Position numbers and translations under genes: made by a program. Below the pieces are notes generated by a model. That model was given only the letters and a program-made list of their open reading frames with translations. It searched no databases and was not told the DNA's origin. A stretch of 64,000 nucleotides of DNA from Flavobacteriaceae bacterium (GTDB lineage Bacteria > Bacteroidota > Bacteroidia > Flavobacteriales > Flavobacteriaceae): positions 421,897-485,896 of the forward strand of contig JAWKMN010000002.1 in the NCBI GenBank assembly GCA_041392165.1, in the 5' to 3' direction. Every line of letters begins with the position of its first letter. Position 1 is the stretch's first letter. Below are positions 19,796 through 29,654 of the stretch, one piece after another.

Positions 19796-19955
19796 GACAC
19801 CGTTTTTTTGATACCTTAAGTTACTAAATTTTTAGGTCCGGTCCTATGACCTATATCAGTTTGGTTATACTTCTAAAGGTGAATTTGGGTGTAATTCTTT
19901 AATTCATATGTTTTTGGCGGCATATTTTTGTTATTTTTATTAAAAACAGTAGATT

Positions 19956-21524
19956 TTGAAAAAATACGGCATTAGAATATTTTGGGTTGTTTTGGGATTT
20001 GCTCTTTTGTCCTGCAAGGAGGAAAAAAAAGTAAAGCCAATTAATAGTGATAGTAGCAAACCGGACCATTATAAGGAAGCTTATCGTCCTCAATTTCATT
20101 TTTCACCGCCGCAGAAATGGATGAACGATCCCAATGGTTTAGTATATAACCAAGGGGTGTACCATCTTTTTTATCAGTATTATCCAGAGGATATTGTTTG
20201 GGGTCCCATGCATTGGGGGCATGCAGTAAGTAAGGATATGGTACATTGGGATAATAGGCCAATAGCCCTTTTTCCAGATGAAAACGGCTATATTTTTTCT
20301 GGAAGTGCCGTTGTGGATACCAATAATTCCTCAGGATTTGGAACTTTGGATGACCCACCGTTGGTGGCGGTATTTACCTATCATGATGTGGTTGGTAAAG
20401 AAGCGGGAAAAAATGATTTTCAGACCCAGGGAATTGCCTATAGTCTGGATAATGGGGATACTTGGGTTAAATATGAAGGCAATCCTGTCATTAAAAACGA
20501 AGGAATGAGGGATTTTAGGGATCCCAAAGTTTTTTGGAACAATAAAATAGGCCATTGGACAATGTTGTTGGTGGCCGGTGATCACCTTCAAATATGGCAA
20601 TCCCCAGACTTAAAGAAATGGGATAAGGCAAGCGAATTTGGAAAAAATCAGGGGGCTCATGGTGGTGTTTGGGAATGTCCGGATATGTTTCCGTTGAAGG
20701 TAGAAGGTACGGACCAGGAAAAATGGGTGCTCTTGATCAGTATTAACCCTGGGGCGCCCAATGGAGGCAGTGGTACCCAATATTTTGTAGGGGATTTTGA
20801 TGGTACAACTTTTACAAGTGACCAAAAAGAGCATAAATGGATAGATTGGGGTACCGATAATTACGCCGGGGTAACGTATAACAATATGTCCCATAATGAC
20901 CGGGTTTTTATTGGTTGGATGAGTAATTGGGCCTATGCCCAAGAGACGCCTACCGAAAAATGGCGTAGTGCAATGACGCTGCCAAGAAAGCTTACTTTGC
21001 GTAAGGTTAACGGCAGTCTGGAATTAATTAATTACCCCCTGGATAGTTTTAATGAAATCCGAGTTTTGGGCAATGTAGAAAAAAGGGCCATAGATCCAAA
21101 ATCTGATAGGTCCTTGAACTTCGACCACTTTAATAGTTCCGAAGTAAAATTTAGAACCGCCTCACGGGTTTTCGGTCTGGAATTTCGAAATAGTTTGGGC
21201 GAGACTTTGAATTTGATTCTCGACGGTCAAAATCAACAATTTGTGTTGGATAGGACAAAATCCGGAAAAACCGTTTTTAATGAGGATTTTGCCAATAATG
21301 TCCAGACGATGCCCATACCTAATTTGCCCAATGGGGAATATGAAATACGAATCCTAATGGATTGGTCTTCCCTAGAGGTTTTTATAAACGGTGGGCAATA
21401 TGTGATGACCTCTCAGATCTTTCCGAACGAATTTTATAAGACTTTGGTTATTTCCAATCCTACCGAGGTGGAATTGGAATTGGATGAATTTACCATAAGT
21501 CCCATAAAATCCATTTGGGAATGA
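19956..21524 (+). CDS. GH32 beta-fructofuranosidase/levanase-type glycoside hydrolase, lipoprotein
   Basis: TTG start with signal ...LGFALLSC. GH32 signatures are FHFSPPQKWMNDPNGLVY (WMNDPNG), FRDPKVFW (RDP) and GVWECPD (EC). Confidence 0.85.
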   Translation: MKKYGIRIFWVVLGFALLSCKEEKKVKPINSDSSKPDHYKEAYRPQFHFSPPQKWMNDPNGLVYNQGVYHLFYQYYPEDIVWGPMHWGHAVSKDMVHWDNRPIALFPDENGYIFSGSAVVDTNNSSGFGTLDDPPLVAVFTYHDVVGKEAGKNDFQTQGIAYSLDNGDTWVKYEGNPVIKNEGMRDFRDPKVFWNNKIGHWTMLLVAGDHLQIWQSPDLKKWDKASEFGKNQGAHGGVWECPDMFPLKVEGTDQEKWVLLISINPGAPNGGSGTQYFVGDFDGTTFTSDQKEHKWIDWGTDNYAGVTYNNMSHNDRVFIGWMSNWAYAQETPTEKWRSAMTLPRKLTLRKVNGSLELINYPLDSFNEIRVLGNVEKRAIDPKSDRSLNFDHFNSSEVKFRTASRVFGLEFRNSLGETLNLILDGQNQQFVLDRTKSGKTVFNEDFANNVQTMPIPNLPNGEYEIRILMDWSSLEVFINGGQYVMTSQIFPNEFYKTLVISNPTEVELELDEFTISPIKSIWE

Positions 21525-21862
21525 ATAAAATCCAATATTGGACTTCAATACAAGCCTCACAACGGTTTAGATCGGGGCATGGGTAATTCCTGATAGGAAA
21601 GGGTTGATTTTTTCTTCTTTTCCCGGCGTTTTCTTTTAATAGTTTTGTTCAATGCTATTACATTGGGGATAACTCTTGTGGGAAATTTTCAAGAAACCAA
21701 CGGATTTTTTTGGGCTTTAGCGCAAATATTAGGGGCTATATGTTGGCTTATATGTTAATCACTGTTAAATAAAGTTTAACTATTCTGAAAAATAGGTCAT
21801 AAGAATTAGATTTGTTAGAGTCTTGTTAATGTTTTTGTTATTGGTTGCTATCTCCATAGATT

Positions 21863-22945
21863 ATGAAAATAAAATATATTGCTTATACCTTATTGCTTGT
21901 TGGACTCGGGGCTCTGGTAACCTATCGTATTTTACAGAATAGCGGAGGAGGTAAATCGGAAAGTTCCGCCAGCACCGGTACGGTACCTATGGTTTCGGGT
22001 ATGGTCCTCCGTCCCCAGATTTTTAATGATAATATTTTTCTTTCGGGTACTTTGGAGGCCAATGAGCAGATAGAGATACGCAGTGAGGTATCCGGGGTCG
22101 TGGAAAGTATAAATTTTGTGGAAGGGGGTAAGGTCTCCCAAGGTCAGGTATTGTTCAGAGTGAACGATATTGAATTACAAGCGCAATTGTCCAAAGTGCG
22201 CACCGCCCGGAAGCTGGCTGCCGAAAATGAAAGGCGGGCGAAATTGTTGTTGGAAAAGCAGGCCATCAGTCAGGAGGAATATGATATTGCAAGTGCCGAT
22301 TTTCAATCGGCCGGTGCAGAATCGGAATTGATAGCCGCCCAATTATCAAAAGCAACCGTCCGTGCCCCATTTTCCGGAATTATAGGACTGCGTTCCATTT
22401 CGAAAGGAACCTATGTTAGTCCGGCAACTGTGGTGGCAAAATTGGTGAATACGGACCAACTAAAGATTACCTTTTCAGTTCCCGAGAAATATGCCCACCA
22501 AATTAAAGCTGGAACTTCCTTTACTTTCACAACGTCCGATTCCAGGGAGGAATACACTGCTAAAATATATGCCATAGAACCGGAAGTGGAAGTGGCTACC
22601 AGGACTTTAAAAATGAGGGCAACGGCCGAAAACCCTGAAGGCAAACTTTTTCCCGGTGCTTTTGCCAATATAACATTGCCCTTGGAAACGGTCAAGGATG
22701 CCCTATTGGTGCCCAGTGAATCTTTGATTCCCGTTCAGAACGGTAAAAAAATCTTTATCGTGGAGAATGGCAAGGCCAAGGAGATAGATGTGGAAATAGG
22801 TGCGCGTACCGGCAGCTCCGTACGGGTTGTCTCCGGACTAAAGGTGGGGGATACTGTATTGACCTATGGGGTTATGGCCCTAAAGGATGGCACATCGGTA
22901 AAGGTATTGTTAAAGGAAATTGAAACTCTTACTGCAGAACCATGA
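21863..22945 (+). CDS. RND efflux periplasmic adaptor (membrane fusion protein)
   Basis: 360 aa with an N-terminal anchor, a coiled-coil hairpin (ELQAQLSKVRTARKLAAENERRAKLL) and a VRAPFSGIIG lipoyl-like motif. It overlaps the start of the pump gene by 4 nt. Confidence 0.85.
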   Translation: MKIKYIAYTLLLVGLGALVTYRILQNSGGGKSESSASTGTVPMVSGMVLRPQIFNDNIFLSGTLEANEQIEIRSEVSGVVESINFVEGGKVSQGQVLFRVNDIELQAQLSKVRTARKLAAENERRAKLLLEKQAISQEEYDIASADFQSAGAESELIAAQLSKATVRAPFSGIIGLRSISKGTYVSPATVVAKLVNTDQLKITFSVPEKYAHQIKAGTSFTFTTSDSREEYTAKIYAIEPEVEVATRTLKMRATAENPEGKLFPGAFANITLPLETVKDALLVPSESLIPVQNGKKIFIVENGKAKEIDVEIGARTGSSVRVVSGLKVGDTVLTYGVMALKDGTSVKVLLKEIETLTAEP

Positions 22946-25900
22946 GTTTGTCAACATTAAGCATTAAGCGCCCGGTACTTACTATTGTAATGAATTTGGC
23001 CCTAATTTTGTTCGGGATTATTGGTTTTACCTATTTGGGAGTTCGTGAGTTTCCTTCCATAGATCCTGCCCAAGTATCGGTACGTACCAATTATTCCGGC
23101 GCCAATGCCGATATTATTGAGTCCCAGATTACGGAACCTTTGGAAAAGGCCATAAATTCCATTGATGGTATAAGGAACATTACCTCGTCCAGTATTCAGG
23201 GATCCAGTTCCATAAGTATAGAATTTAATTTGGATAAAAACCTGGAAGACGCGGCCAACGATGTCCGTGATAAGGTATCCCAAGCGGTAAGAAGTCTCCC
23301 CGATGATCTGGATGCCCCACCGGTAGTTTCAAAATCCGATGCCGATGCGGACAGGATACTTTCTATGACCGTTCAGAGCGATGGAAAAAATATATTGGAA
23401 CTTTCAGATTATGCCGAAAATGTCATATCCCAAAGAATCGAGACCATTCCGGGTGTAAGCAGCGTCCAAATATGGGGACAACGCAGGTATGCCATGCGCC
23501 TGTGGATAGATCCTTTTAAATTGGCTTCCTACGGTTTAACCGTGGCAGATGTACGTAACGCATTATTGGCGCAGAATGTAGAGCTGCCTTCGGGGAAATT
23601 AACCGGCGATAATACGGAAATAACGGTAAAGACCATTGGAAACTTGGATTCAGAGGATGGATTCAACAATATCATAATCAGGGCCGATGGGGAAAAACTG
23701 GTGCGCCTTAGTGATATTGGCAAAGCTTCTTTGGAAGGGGAGAACATGGAGACCAAAATGAGCGATTCCGGTCAGCCCATGGTCGCCATAGCCGTTATTC
23801 CGCAACCCGGGACCAATTATCTTGAAATTGCCGATAAATTCTATCTGGAATACGAAAAGCTTAAAAAGGATTTGCCGGAAGGGTTTAAATTAAATATTGT
23901 AATAGACGATACCGTATTTGTAAGAAAGGCGGTTACCGAGGTGGCGGAAACCTTGTTGATTTCAATTGTCCTGGTTATATTGGTCATTTATCTGTTTTTT
24001 AGAAATTGGTCAATGGCAATGCGTCCGTTGATAGATATACCGGTATCATTGATTGCTACATTTTTTATTATGTGGCTGTTCGGATTTTCCATCAATGTCC
24101 TAACCCTTTTGGCCATTGTTCTGGCCACAGGACTTGTCGTGGATGACGGAATTGTGGTAACCGAAAATATTTATAGAAAGGTGGAGGCTGGAATGAGCCC
24201 CATAGAGGCCGCTATTAAGGGTTCCAACGAAATTTTCTTTGCGGTAATATCCATATCCATTACCCTTGCCGCCGTTTTTCTTCCCGTTATATTCCTAGAG
24301 GGCTTTGTTGGGCGCTTGTTTCGTGAATTTGGGGTTGTCCTGGGGTCGGCGGTATTGATATCCGCATTTGTATCCCTAACCTTGACCCCCATGTTAAACG
24401 CCTATTTGATTAAACCAGGGAAACAGCACCATTCCAAATTTTATAATTTAACGGAGCGTTATTTTGTAAAAATGAACGAATCCTATGCAGATGCATTGGC
24501 TGCCTTTATGAAAAGGAAATGGATGAGTTTTCCTATATTATTGGCATGTATTGGGTTAATAGTCCTTTTTTATGGTCTGCTCCAAAAGGAAACGGCACCT
24601 TATGACGATCGTAGTTTTGTTCGTTTAAGCGTTACGGCCCCGGAGGGCTCCTCCTATGAATATATGGATCGGTTAATGAATGATATTACCACCCTGATCA
24701 ACGATTCCATCCCCGAAAAAAAGGTAAGTTTGGTACTCACTTCTCCCGGTTTCGGGGCAACTTCCTCCGTGAATAGTGGGCGTGCCAATATTGCACTTGT
24801 AGAGCCACATGAAAGGGAACGGTCACAAAAAGAAATTGCATCGGATCTTGGCCGATGGACAAAATCTTACGTTGGGGGAAAATCCAATGTGTCCGAGAGG
24901 CCAACAATCGCGGTAAATCGTCGTGGAGGAGCCCCGATCCAATATATTATACAGGCTCAGAATTTTCAAAAGCTGAAGGAAAAAATCCCGGAATTTATGG
25001 AGGAAGCCGAAAAAGAATGAGACCTTTTCCTTTACCGATGTCAACCTGAAATTTGATAAACCTGAACTTTATGTGACCATAAATAGGAAAAAGCGGAAAG
25101 CTTGGGAGTTTCCGTTTTGGACGTGGCTCAAACACTACAATTGTCCCTCAGCGGACAACGGTTTGGGTATTTTTTAATGAACGGTAGGCAATATCAGGTT
25201 ATAGGGCAATTCGATAAAAAGGACCGTGATGCGCCCTTGGATCTTACTTCCATTTTTGTAAAGAATAACGATGGTCTCCTAATCCAATTGGACAATCTCG
25301 TTTCCACAGCGGAGCATAGCAGTCCCCCTCAACTTTTTCACAACAATAGGTATACTTCGGCAACCGTATACGCAAATCTAGCTCCAGGCAAGAGTCTTAG
25401 TGATGGGATAGCGGCCATGGAATCGATTAGGGAAAAAGTACTGGATGAAAGCTTTACTACGGATTTGGGGGGAGAATCCAGGGATTTTGTGGAGAGCAGT
25501 TCCAATACCCTGTTTGCTTTCGGCCTTGCCCTGATCCTTATTTTTCTGATATTGGCAGCCCAATTTGAAAGTTTTATAGACCCAATAATTATAATTTTAA
25601 CGGTACCCATGGCCGTGGCCGGGGCCATGTTTTCCCTATGGCTCTTTGGCCAAACCTGGAATATTTTTAGTCAGATAGGTACTATAATGTTGATCGGTCT
25701 GGTAACCAAGAACGGTATTTTGATTGTGGAATTCGCCAATCAGCTCAGGGAGGAAGGGATGTCCAAAATGGAGGCTGTTTTAAAAGCCTCGGAGTCCAGG
25801 TTAAGACCTATTCTTATGACCAGTTTGACCATTGCCCTGGGAGCCTTGCCCATAGCCTTGTCCTTGGGAGCGGCGTCCACCAGTCGTATTGGTATGGGGG

Positions 25901-26025
25901 TCGTAATTATTGGGGGGACCATGTTCTCCTTGGTGCTTACTTTATTTGTTATCCCTGCATTGTATTTCTTGTGGTCCAGGGAGAAAAAAGAACATCCGGA
26001 GTTTAAAGCCCTCGAATCCTATTAA
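22942..26025 (+). pseudogene. RND efflux permease (AcrB/HAE family) interrupted by two frameshifts
   Basis: ORFs 22942..25020 and 25102..26025 are in the same frame. They are joined by 27 codons readable only in the +1 frame (KNETFSFTDVNLKFDKPELYVTINRKK, 25013..25093). This implies an extra base in the A5 run at 25010..25014 and a missing base in the A5 run at 25088..25092. Read straight, the gene stops at TGA 25018. Confidence 0.8.
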
Positions 26026-26026
26026 A

Positions 26027-27337
26027 ATGAACAATTATAATTACGCTATCATACTATTTGTTTTCTTTTGCTCTGCCAATCTTATTAATGGACAGGATAT
26101 TCTAACGGTAGAAGAAGCCGTCCAAATTGCCCTAGAGAACAACTATCAGATAAAAATTGCGGCCAATGAGCTGCAAATTGATGAGGCTGCCGTAAGTATC
26201 GGCAATGCCGGGATGTTCCCCCAGGTAGGGCTCAGTATTGTTGATAACAATAGTATCCAGAATTTAAGTCAGACCCGATCGGATGGAAGCAATGTGGAAC
26301 GGGATAACGCCAAGAACAATAGCCTCAATTATGGAATTGCAATGGATTGGACCTTGTTTGACGGCTTAAGGATGTTTGCCGATTACGAGCAGTTAAAAGA
26401 AACCCAAAAATTGGGAGAAGCCCAACTAAAACAGGTTATCCTTAACAAGGTGGGAGAGGTCATGATCACCTATTTTGATCTTGTACAACAAAAACAACAA
26501 CTCACGGCTTTGGACAGTACCATTACTATTTCGGAACAAAGGGTAGATTTGGCACATAACCGTTTTACTATTGGGAAAGCTTCAAAATTGGAAGTGTTGA
26601 ACGCCCAGGTAGATCTAAATACGGATAAAACATTAATGCAACGACAAATGGAGTTGTATGCCAATACCAAAGTACAATTGAACCAGTACTTGGCACGTGA
26701 TCTGAAGATCGATTTTGAGGTAATGCCCGAAATTTTTGTGGATCAGGCACTACAATTGCCAGAACTTGAAACCTTGGTGGCGAAAGAAAATCCGACCCTT
26801 CAAGTGGAACAGATCAACAAAAAGATCAGTGAATTGGAATTGAAACAAACCAAGGCCTTGCGCTACCCAACAATTTTTGCAAGTACGGGCTATAATTTCG
26901 GGCATACCGAATCCAGTTTGGGTTTTACCACCAGTTCAAATTCAAGGGGATGGAATTATGGATTTGGAGCTACTCTAAATGTTTTTGACGGATTTAATCA
27001 AAATAGAAATGAAAAAATAGCAAGGATTCAAATTGAAAATACGGAAGTAGTCATTGAGCAACGAACTCAGGAGCTAATGTCCCTGTTGAATACTACCTAT
27101 CAAACTTACCAGACCAATATAGATCTGATTGAATTGGAAGGGAAAAATGAAGCAATTGCCCATGAAAATATGGAGATTACGGTAGAAAAATATAGAATAG
27201 GAATCATCCCTACCATTGAATTTAGGACGGCCCAATTAAATTACATCAATGCAAAGGTAAGGCATAGCAATGCCAAATTTCAGGCAAAGTTGTCGGAGAT
27301 TGTCTTAAAACAGCTCGCCGGAAACCTAGTTTTATGA
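26027..27337 (+). CDS. TolC-family outer membrane efflux protein
   Basis: The ATG at 26027 gives the signal MNNYNYAIILFVFFCSANLINGQ and sits 1 nt after the pump stop. Two-repeat TolC-like organisation. The upstream extension in the tracked ORF (25910) overlaps the pump gene and is rejected. Confidence 0.8.
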   Translation: MNNYNYAIILFVFFCSANLINGQDILTVEEAVQIALENNYQIKIAANELQIDEAAVSIGNAGMFPQVGLSIVDNNSIQNLSQTRSDGSNVERDNAKNNSLNYGIAMDWTLFDGLRMFADYEQLKETQKLGEAQLKQVILNKVGEVMITYFDLVQQKQQLTALDSTITISEQRVDLAHNRFTIGKASKLEVLNAQVDLNTDKTLMQRQMELYANTKVQLNQYLARDLKIDFEVMPEIFVDQALQLPELETLVAKENPTLQVEQINKKISELELKQTKALRYPTIFASTGYNFGHTESSLGFTTSSNSRGWNYGFGATLNVFDGFNQNRNEKIARIQIENTEVVIEQRTQELMSLLNTTYQTYQTNIDLIELEGKNEAIAHENMEITVEKYRIGIIPTIEFRTAQLNYINAKVRHSNAKFQAKLSEIVLKQLAGNLVL

Positions 27338-27444
27338 CCTTATGGAATTTGGGGTATTGTTATTTGTATTATTTTAACCGTAAAATAACGTTCGGGCCAA
27401 TCGCCACGGCTTTTTCCAAAGGTAAAAATAACAATCGCAAATAG

Positions 27445-28470
27445 ATGAAACGTCGAAATTTTTTTAAGAATGCAGCTACAGCATCAATTGGATTGGGGCT
27501 AACCAAGTATCCAGCGTTGGATAAGGCTGTACAACCCTTTAAAAAGAGTATCCAGTTTTGTGTTACTGTGGAGGAAAACAAGCTTCAATTTTTTTCGGAT
27601 GTCGTTAAGGAGCCGGTAAAGATCGTTCATATAGCCGATACCCATCTCTTTAGGGACGATGAGCGCGGAGTTCCTTATCAGAAGTATAGTGGGCGTATGG
27701 CCAAGGCCTATAACCGGACCAAGCACTTTAAAACAAATGAATACACCCATCCGGAAGAGGCGTTTGTGGCCGCTTTGAATTTTGCCAAAGAGTCCCGGGC
27801 AGATCTGATGACCCTAGTCGGTGATATTTTTAGCTTTCCTTCCGAAGCTGCCATAGAGTGGGTACGGGCCAAATTGCAAGAAGTGGATATCCCTTATATT
27901 TATGTTGCCGGCAACCATGATTGGCATTATGAGGGTATGGAGGGTACCCTGGAAGATTTGAGGGACAAGTGGATCAAGGAAAGATTGCTGCCCTTATATC
28001 AAGGCAAACATCCATTAATGGCGTCGTATGAGGTGAAAGGAATCCGGTTTTTGGCCATAGACAATTCTACCTATCAAATTAATAAGGAGCAGTTGGCCTT
28101 TTTTAAAGAGCATGTCTCCAGCGGTATGCCTTTGGTGCTATTGGCGCATATACCCATGTATGCCCCGGGAAAATCCATTGGTTTTGGATGCGGAAATCCG
28201 GATTGGGGAGCTTCTTCCGATCGGAATTTTGAGCTGGAAGGGCGTATGAAATGGCCAGAGGAGGGGCATTCCAAAACTACCTTCAATTTTCACAGGGCAG
28301 TGTTCTCCGCTCCAAACCTTATGGGAATCCTTTCAGGGCATATTCATCGATTTTCAATGGAATCGCTAAAGGGAAAACCGCAGATAGTGACCGATGATAA
28401 TGCCAGTGGCGGTTATTTGGATGTCGATTTTTTACCCTTGGAACCCAAGGACAGGTCCCTGATGTTTTAG
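27445..28470 (+). CDS. Exported (Tat-type signal) metallophosphoesterase
   Basis: Signal MKRRNFFKNAATASIGLGL. Motifs IADTHL, LVGDIF, AGNHDW, LAHIP, SGHIHR. Confidence 0.75.
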   Translation: MKRRNFFKNAATASIGLGLTKYPALDKAVQPFKKSIQFCVTVEENKLQFFSDVVKEPVKIVHIADTHLFRDDERGVPYQKYSGRMAKAYNRTKHFKTNEYTHPEEAFVAALNFAKESRADLMTLVGDIFSFPSEAAIEWVRAKLQEVDIPYIYVAGNHDWHYEGMEGTLEDLRDKWIKERLLPLYQGKHPLMASYEVKGIRFLAIDNSTYQINKEQLAFFKEHVSSGMPLVLLAHIPMYAPGKSIGFGCGNPDWGASSDRNFELEGRMKWPEEGHSKTTFNFHRAVFSAPNLMGILSGHIHRFSMESLKGKPQIVTDDNASGGYLDVDFLPLEPKDRSLMF

Positions 28471-28574
28471 GGGGTGTATTGCACAAAAGAAAACTGTTGT
28501 TGATGGCAATAATGCCCAAAGAACATATTTTGTGGGCCTGAGCGTGACACTCACGTCTCCAGGTAATTACGAAT

Positions 28575-28604
28575 TTTGATTGATTGGATTTTTTTGTAAT
28601 TTTG
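28575..28604 (+). promoter_or_regulatory. Candidate Bacteroidota sigma-A promoter (-33 TTTG, -7 TAATTTTG) for the toxin-antitoxin-like pair
   Basis: TTTG lies at 28575..28578 and TAATTTTG at 28597..28604 (matches TAnnTTTG), 18 nt apart. This is pattern recognition only. Confidence 0.3.
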
Positions 28605-28608
28605 CAAT

Positions 28609-28779
28609 ATGTGTAAGGATAAATTAATAACCGGATTAGAGGTTACTCGACAAATGAGTAAAGCGAGGCTGATTTTAAATAATCAGGTGATACCGCGCAC
28701 TGAACTTTATGAGATTCGAAAAAGAGAAGATAAATTAAGTTCTTCAGGGTACAAAAGTGGATTAAGCACGAATGCCTAA
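28609..28779 (+). CDS. Small ORF (56 codons, or 41 from the ATG at 28654); candidate antitoxin/partner of the downstream P-loop protein
   Basis: Found by hand translation; it is below the length cut-off of the ORF track. Sequence: MCKDKLITGLEVTRQMSKARLILNNQVIPRTELYEIRKREDKLSSSGYKSGLSTNA. Its stop (28777..28779) overlaps the downstream ATG (28772) in ATGCCTAA, an 8-nt overlap typical of translational coupling. Confidence 0.4.
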   Translation: MCKDKLITGLEVTRQMSKARLILNNQVIPRTELYEIRKREDKLSSSGYKSGLSTNA

Positions 28780-29374
28780 CTTGATTGTGATAGCTGGATG
28801 TAATGGAGCGGGAAAATCAACTTTTGCATCCTCCTTTTTGCCAGATAGATTGACATCTTTCGATTATGATAAATTATACCTTGAGTATTATGGCATTTTA
28901 CCAGATAGTGAATTCAGGGATAAATTTGCGAGAGATAAGACGACAAAGGATTTTGAAGATGCAATAAAGCAGTCCATTGCAAATAAAACAGATTTTTGCT
29001 ACGAAACGAATTTTGATACCAGTCCGGTTTATTGGCCTGAGCAATTTAAAAAACATGGATTCACACTCCATTTAATCTTTTTCTGCCTTGACAACCAAGA
29101 AATAGCCAGACGACGTGTGGAAGAAAGAGTCGAATTTAAAGGGCATTACGTAGATTCTCAAACTATAGATTTCAAATGGAAGGCAGGATATAAAAATCTG
29201 AACGAACATCATACCTTTTTTGATAATATTTTGCTTGTAGACAATTCGGTACAAAAAGAAGTTTATTCAAATTTATTGCAAATAGAGCATGGGGAAATTG
29301 TGATGATGGTGGATAAGTTACCTGATTATTTTAAGCGTAGATTTCCTGATATTTATACGAAAATTGAGCAATAA
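28772..29374 (+). CDS. Zeta-toxin-like / COG4185-type P-loop kinase family protein
   Basis: 200 aa with the Walker A motif IVIAGCNGAGKSTF at the extreme N-terminus. Size and layout fit small zeta-toxin/AAA_33-like kinases. It is preceded by an overlapping small ORF. Confidence 0.65.
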   Translation: MPNLIVIAGCNGAGKSTFASSFLPDRLTSFDYDKLYLEYYGILPDSEFRDKFARDKTTKDFEDAIKQSIANKTDFCYETNFDTSPVYWPEQFKKHGFTLHLIFFCLDNQEIARRRVEERVEFKGHYVDSQTIDFKWKAGYKNLNEHHTFFDNILLVDNSVQKEVYSNLLQIEHGEIVMMVDKLPDYFKRRFPDIYTKIEQ

Positions 29375-29435
29375 GGCACGTATTGCCATTCGTTTTGTAT
29401 CAAAAACACCCCTGTACACACCCTTATTTAACCAA

Positions 29436-29476
29436 GAAAACCGCAACATCCGGTTAAAGAATGTATGCGGTTTTTC
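29436..29476. terminator. Hairpin between the P-loop gene and tRNA-Phe; possible bidirectional terminator
   Basis: The stems gaaaaccgca (29436..29445) and tgcggtttttc (29466..29476) pair. The loop is ~20 nt, which is long. A/T runs flank it on both sides. Confidence 0.35.
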
Positions 29477-29480
29477 TAAG

Positions 29481-29553
29481 TGGTGCCTCCAGGAATCGAA
29501 CCAGGGACACATGGATTTTCAGTCCATTGCTCTACCAACTGAGCTAAGGCACC
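29481..29553 (-). tRNA. tRNA-Phe (anticodon GAA)
   Basis: The reverse complement folds as a 73-nt cloverleaf: acceptor GGTGCCT/AGGCACC, D arm GCTC-AGTTGGTA-GAGC, anticodon arm ATGGA-CTGAAAA-TCCAT, variable loop GTGTC, T arm CCTGG-TTCGATT-CCTGG, discriminator A. CCA is not encoded. The T stem has one U-U mismatch (51:63). Confidence 0.9.
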
Positions 29554-29654
29554 AAATGCTGTAAGCGGGTGCAAATATAAATTCAAATTTAGGATATACA
29601 AACAAAAATTAAAAAAAAGGTTTTTGTTTTTTTAAGTTTTTTGATCTTTACCGT

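Noticed and set aside
19830-19850. 6-bp palindrome taggtc/gaccta upstream of the GH32 gene as a possible operator
   Set aside because: It is too short, is not repeated, and I cannot assess its conservation, so it cannot be told apart from chance.
25013-25093. Programmed ribosomal frameshifting as the explanation for the RND gene interruption
   Set aside because: It would require two opposite shifts 80 nt apart. There is no recognisable slippery heptamer plus structure, and no precedent in this family. Indels in the A5 runs, real or artefactual, are far simpler.
25910-26026. Upstream extension of the TolC-family ORF (tracked start 25910)
   Set aside because: The extension overlaps the 3' end of the RND pump in another frame and lacks a signal peptide. 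The ATG at 26027 gives a proper signal sequence right after the pump stop.
28552-28575. Possible att-like direct repeat of the tRNA-Phe 3' end (ctccaggtaattacgaa versus ctccaggaatcgaa)
   Set aside because: The match is only ~14 nt and needs two gaps, and no integrase is nearby. It is too weak to define island borders. It is mentioned in the TA finding only as a lead.
29318-29564. ORFs of 64 and 66 aa overlapping tRNA-Phe
   Set aside because: They run through a well-folding tRNA gene and its flanking terminator, so they are not credible coding sequences.
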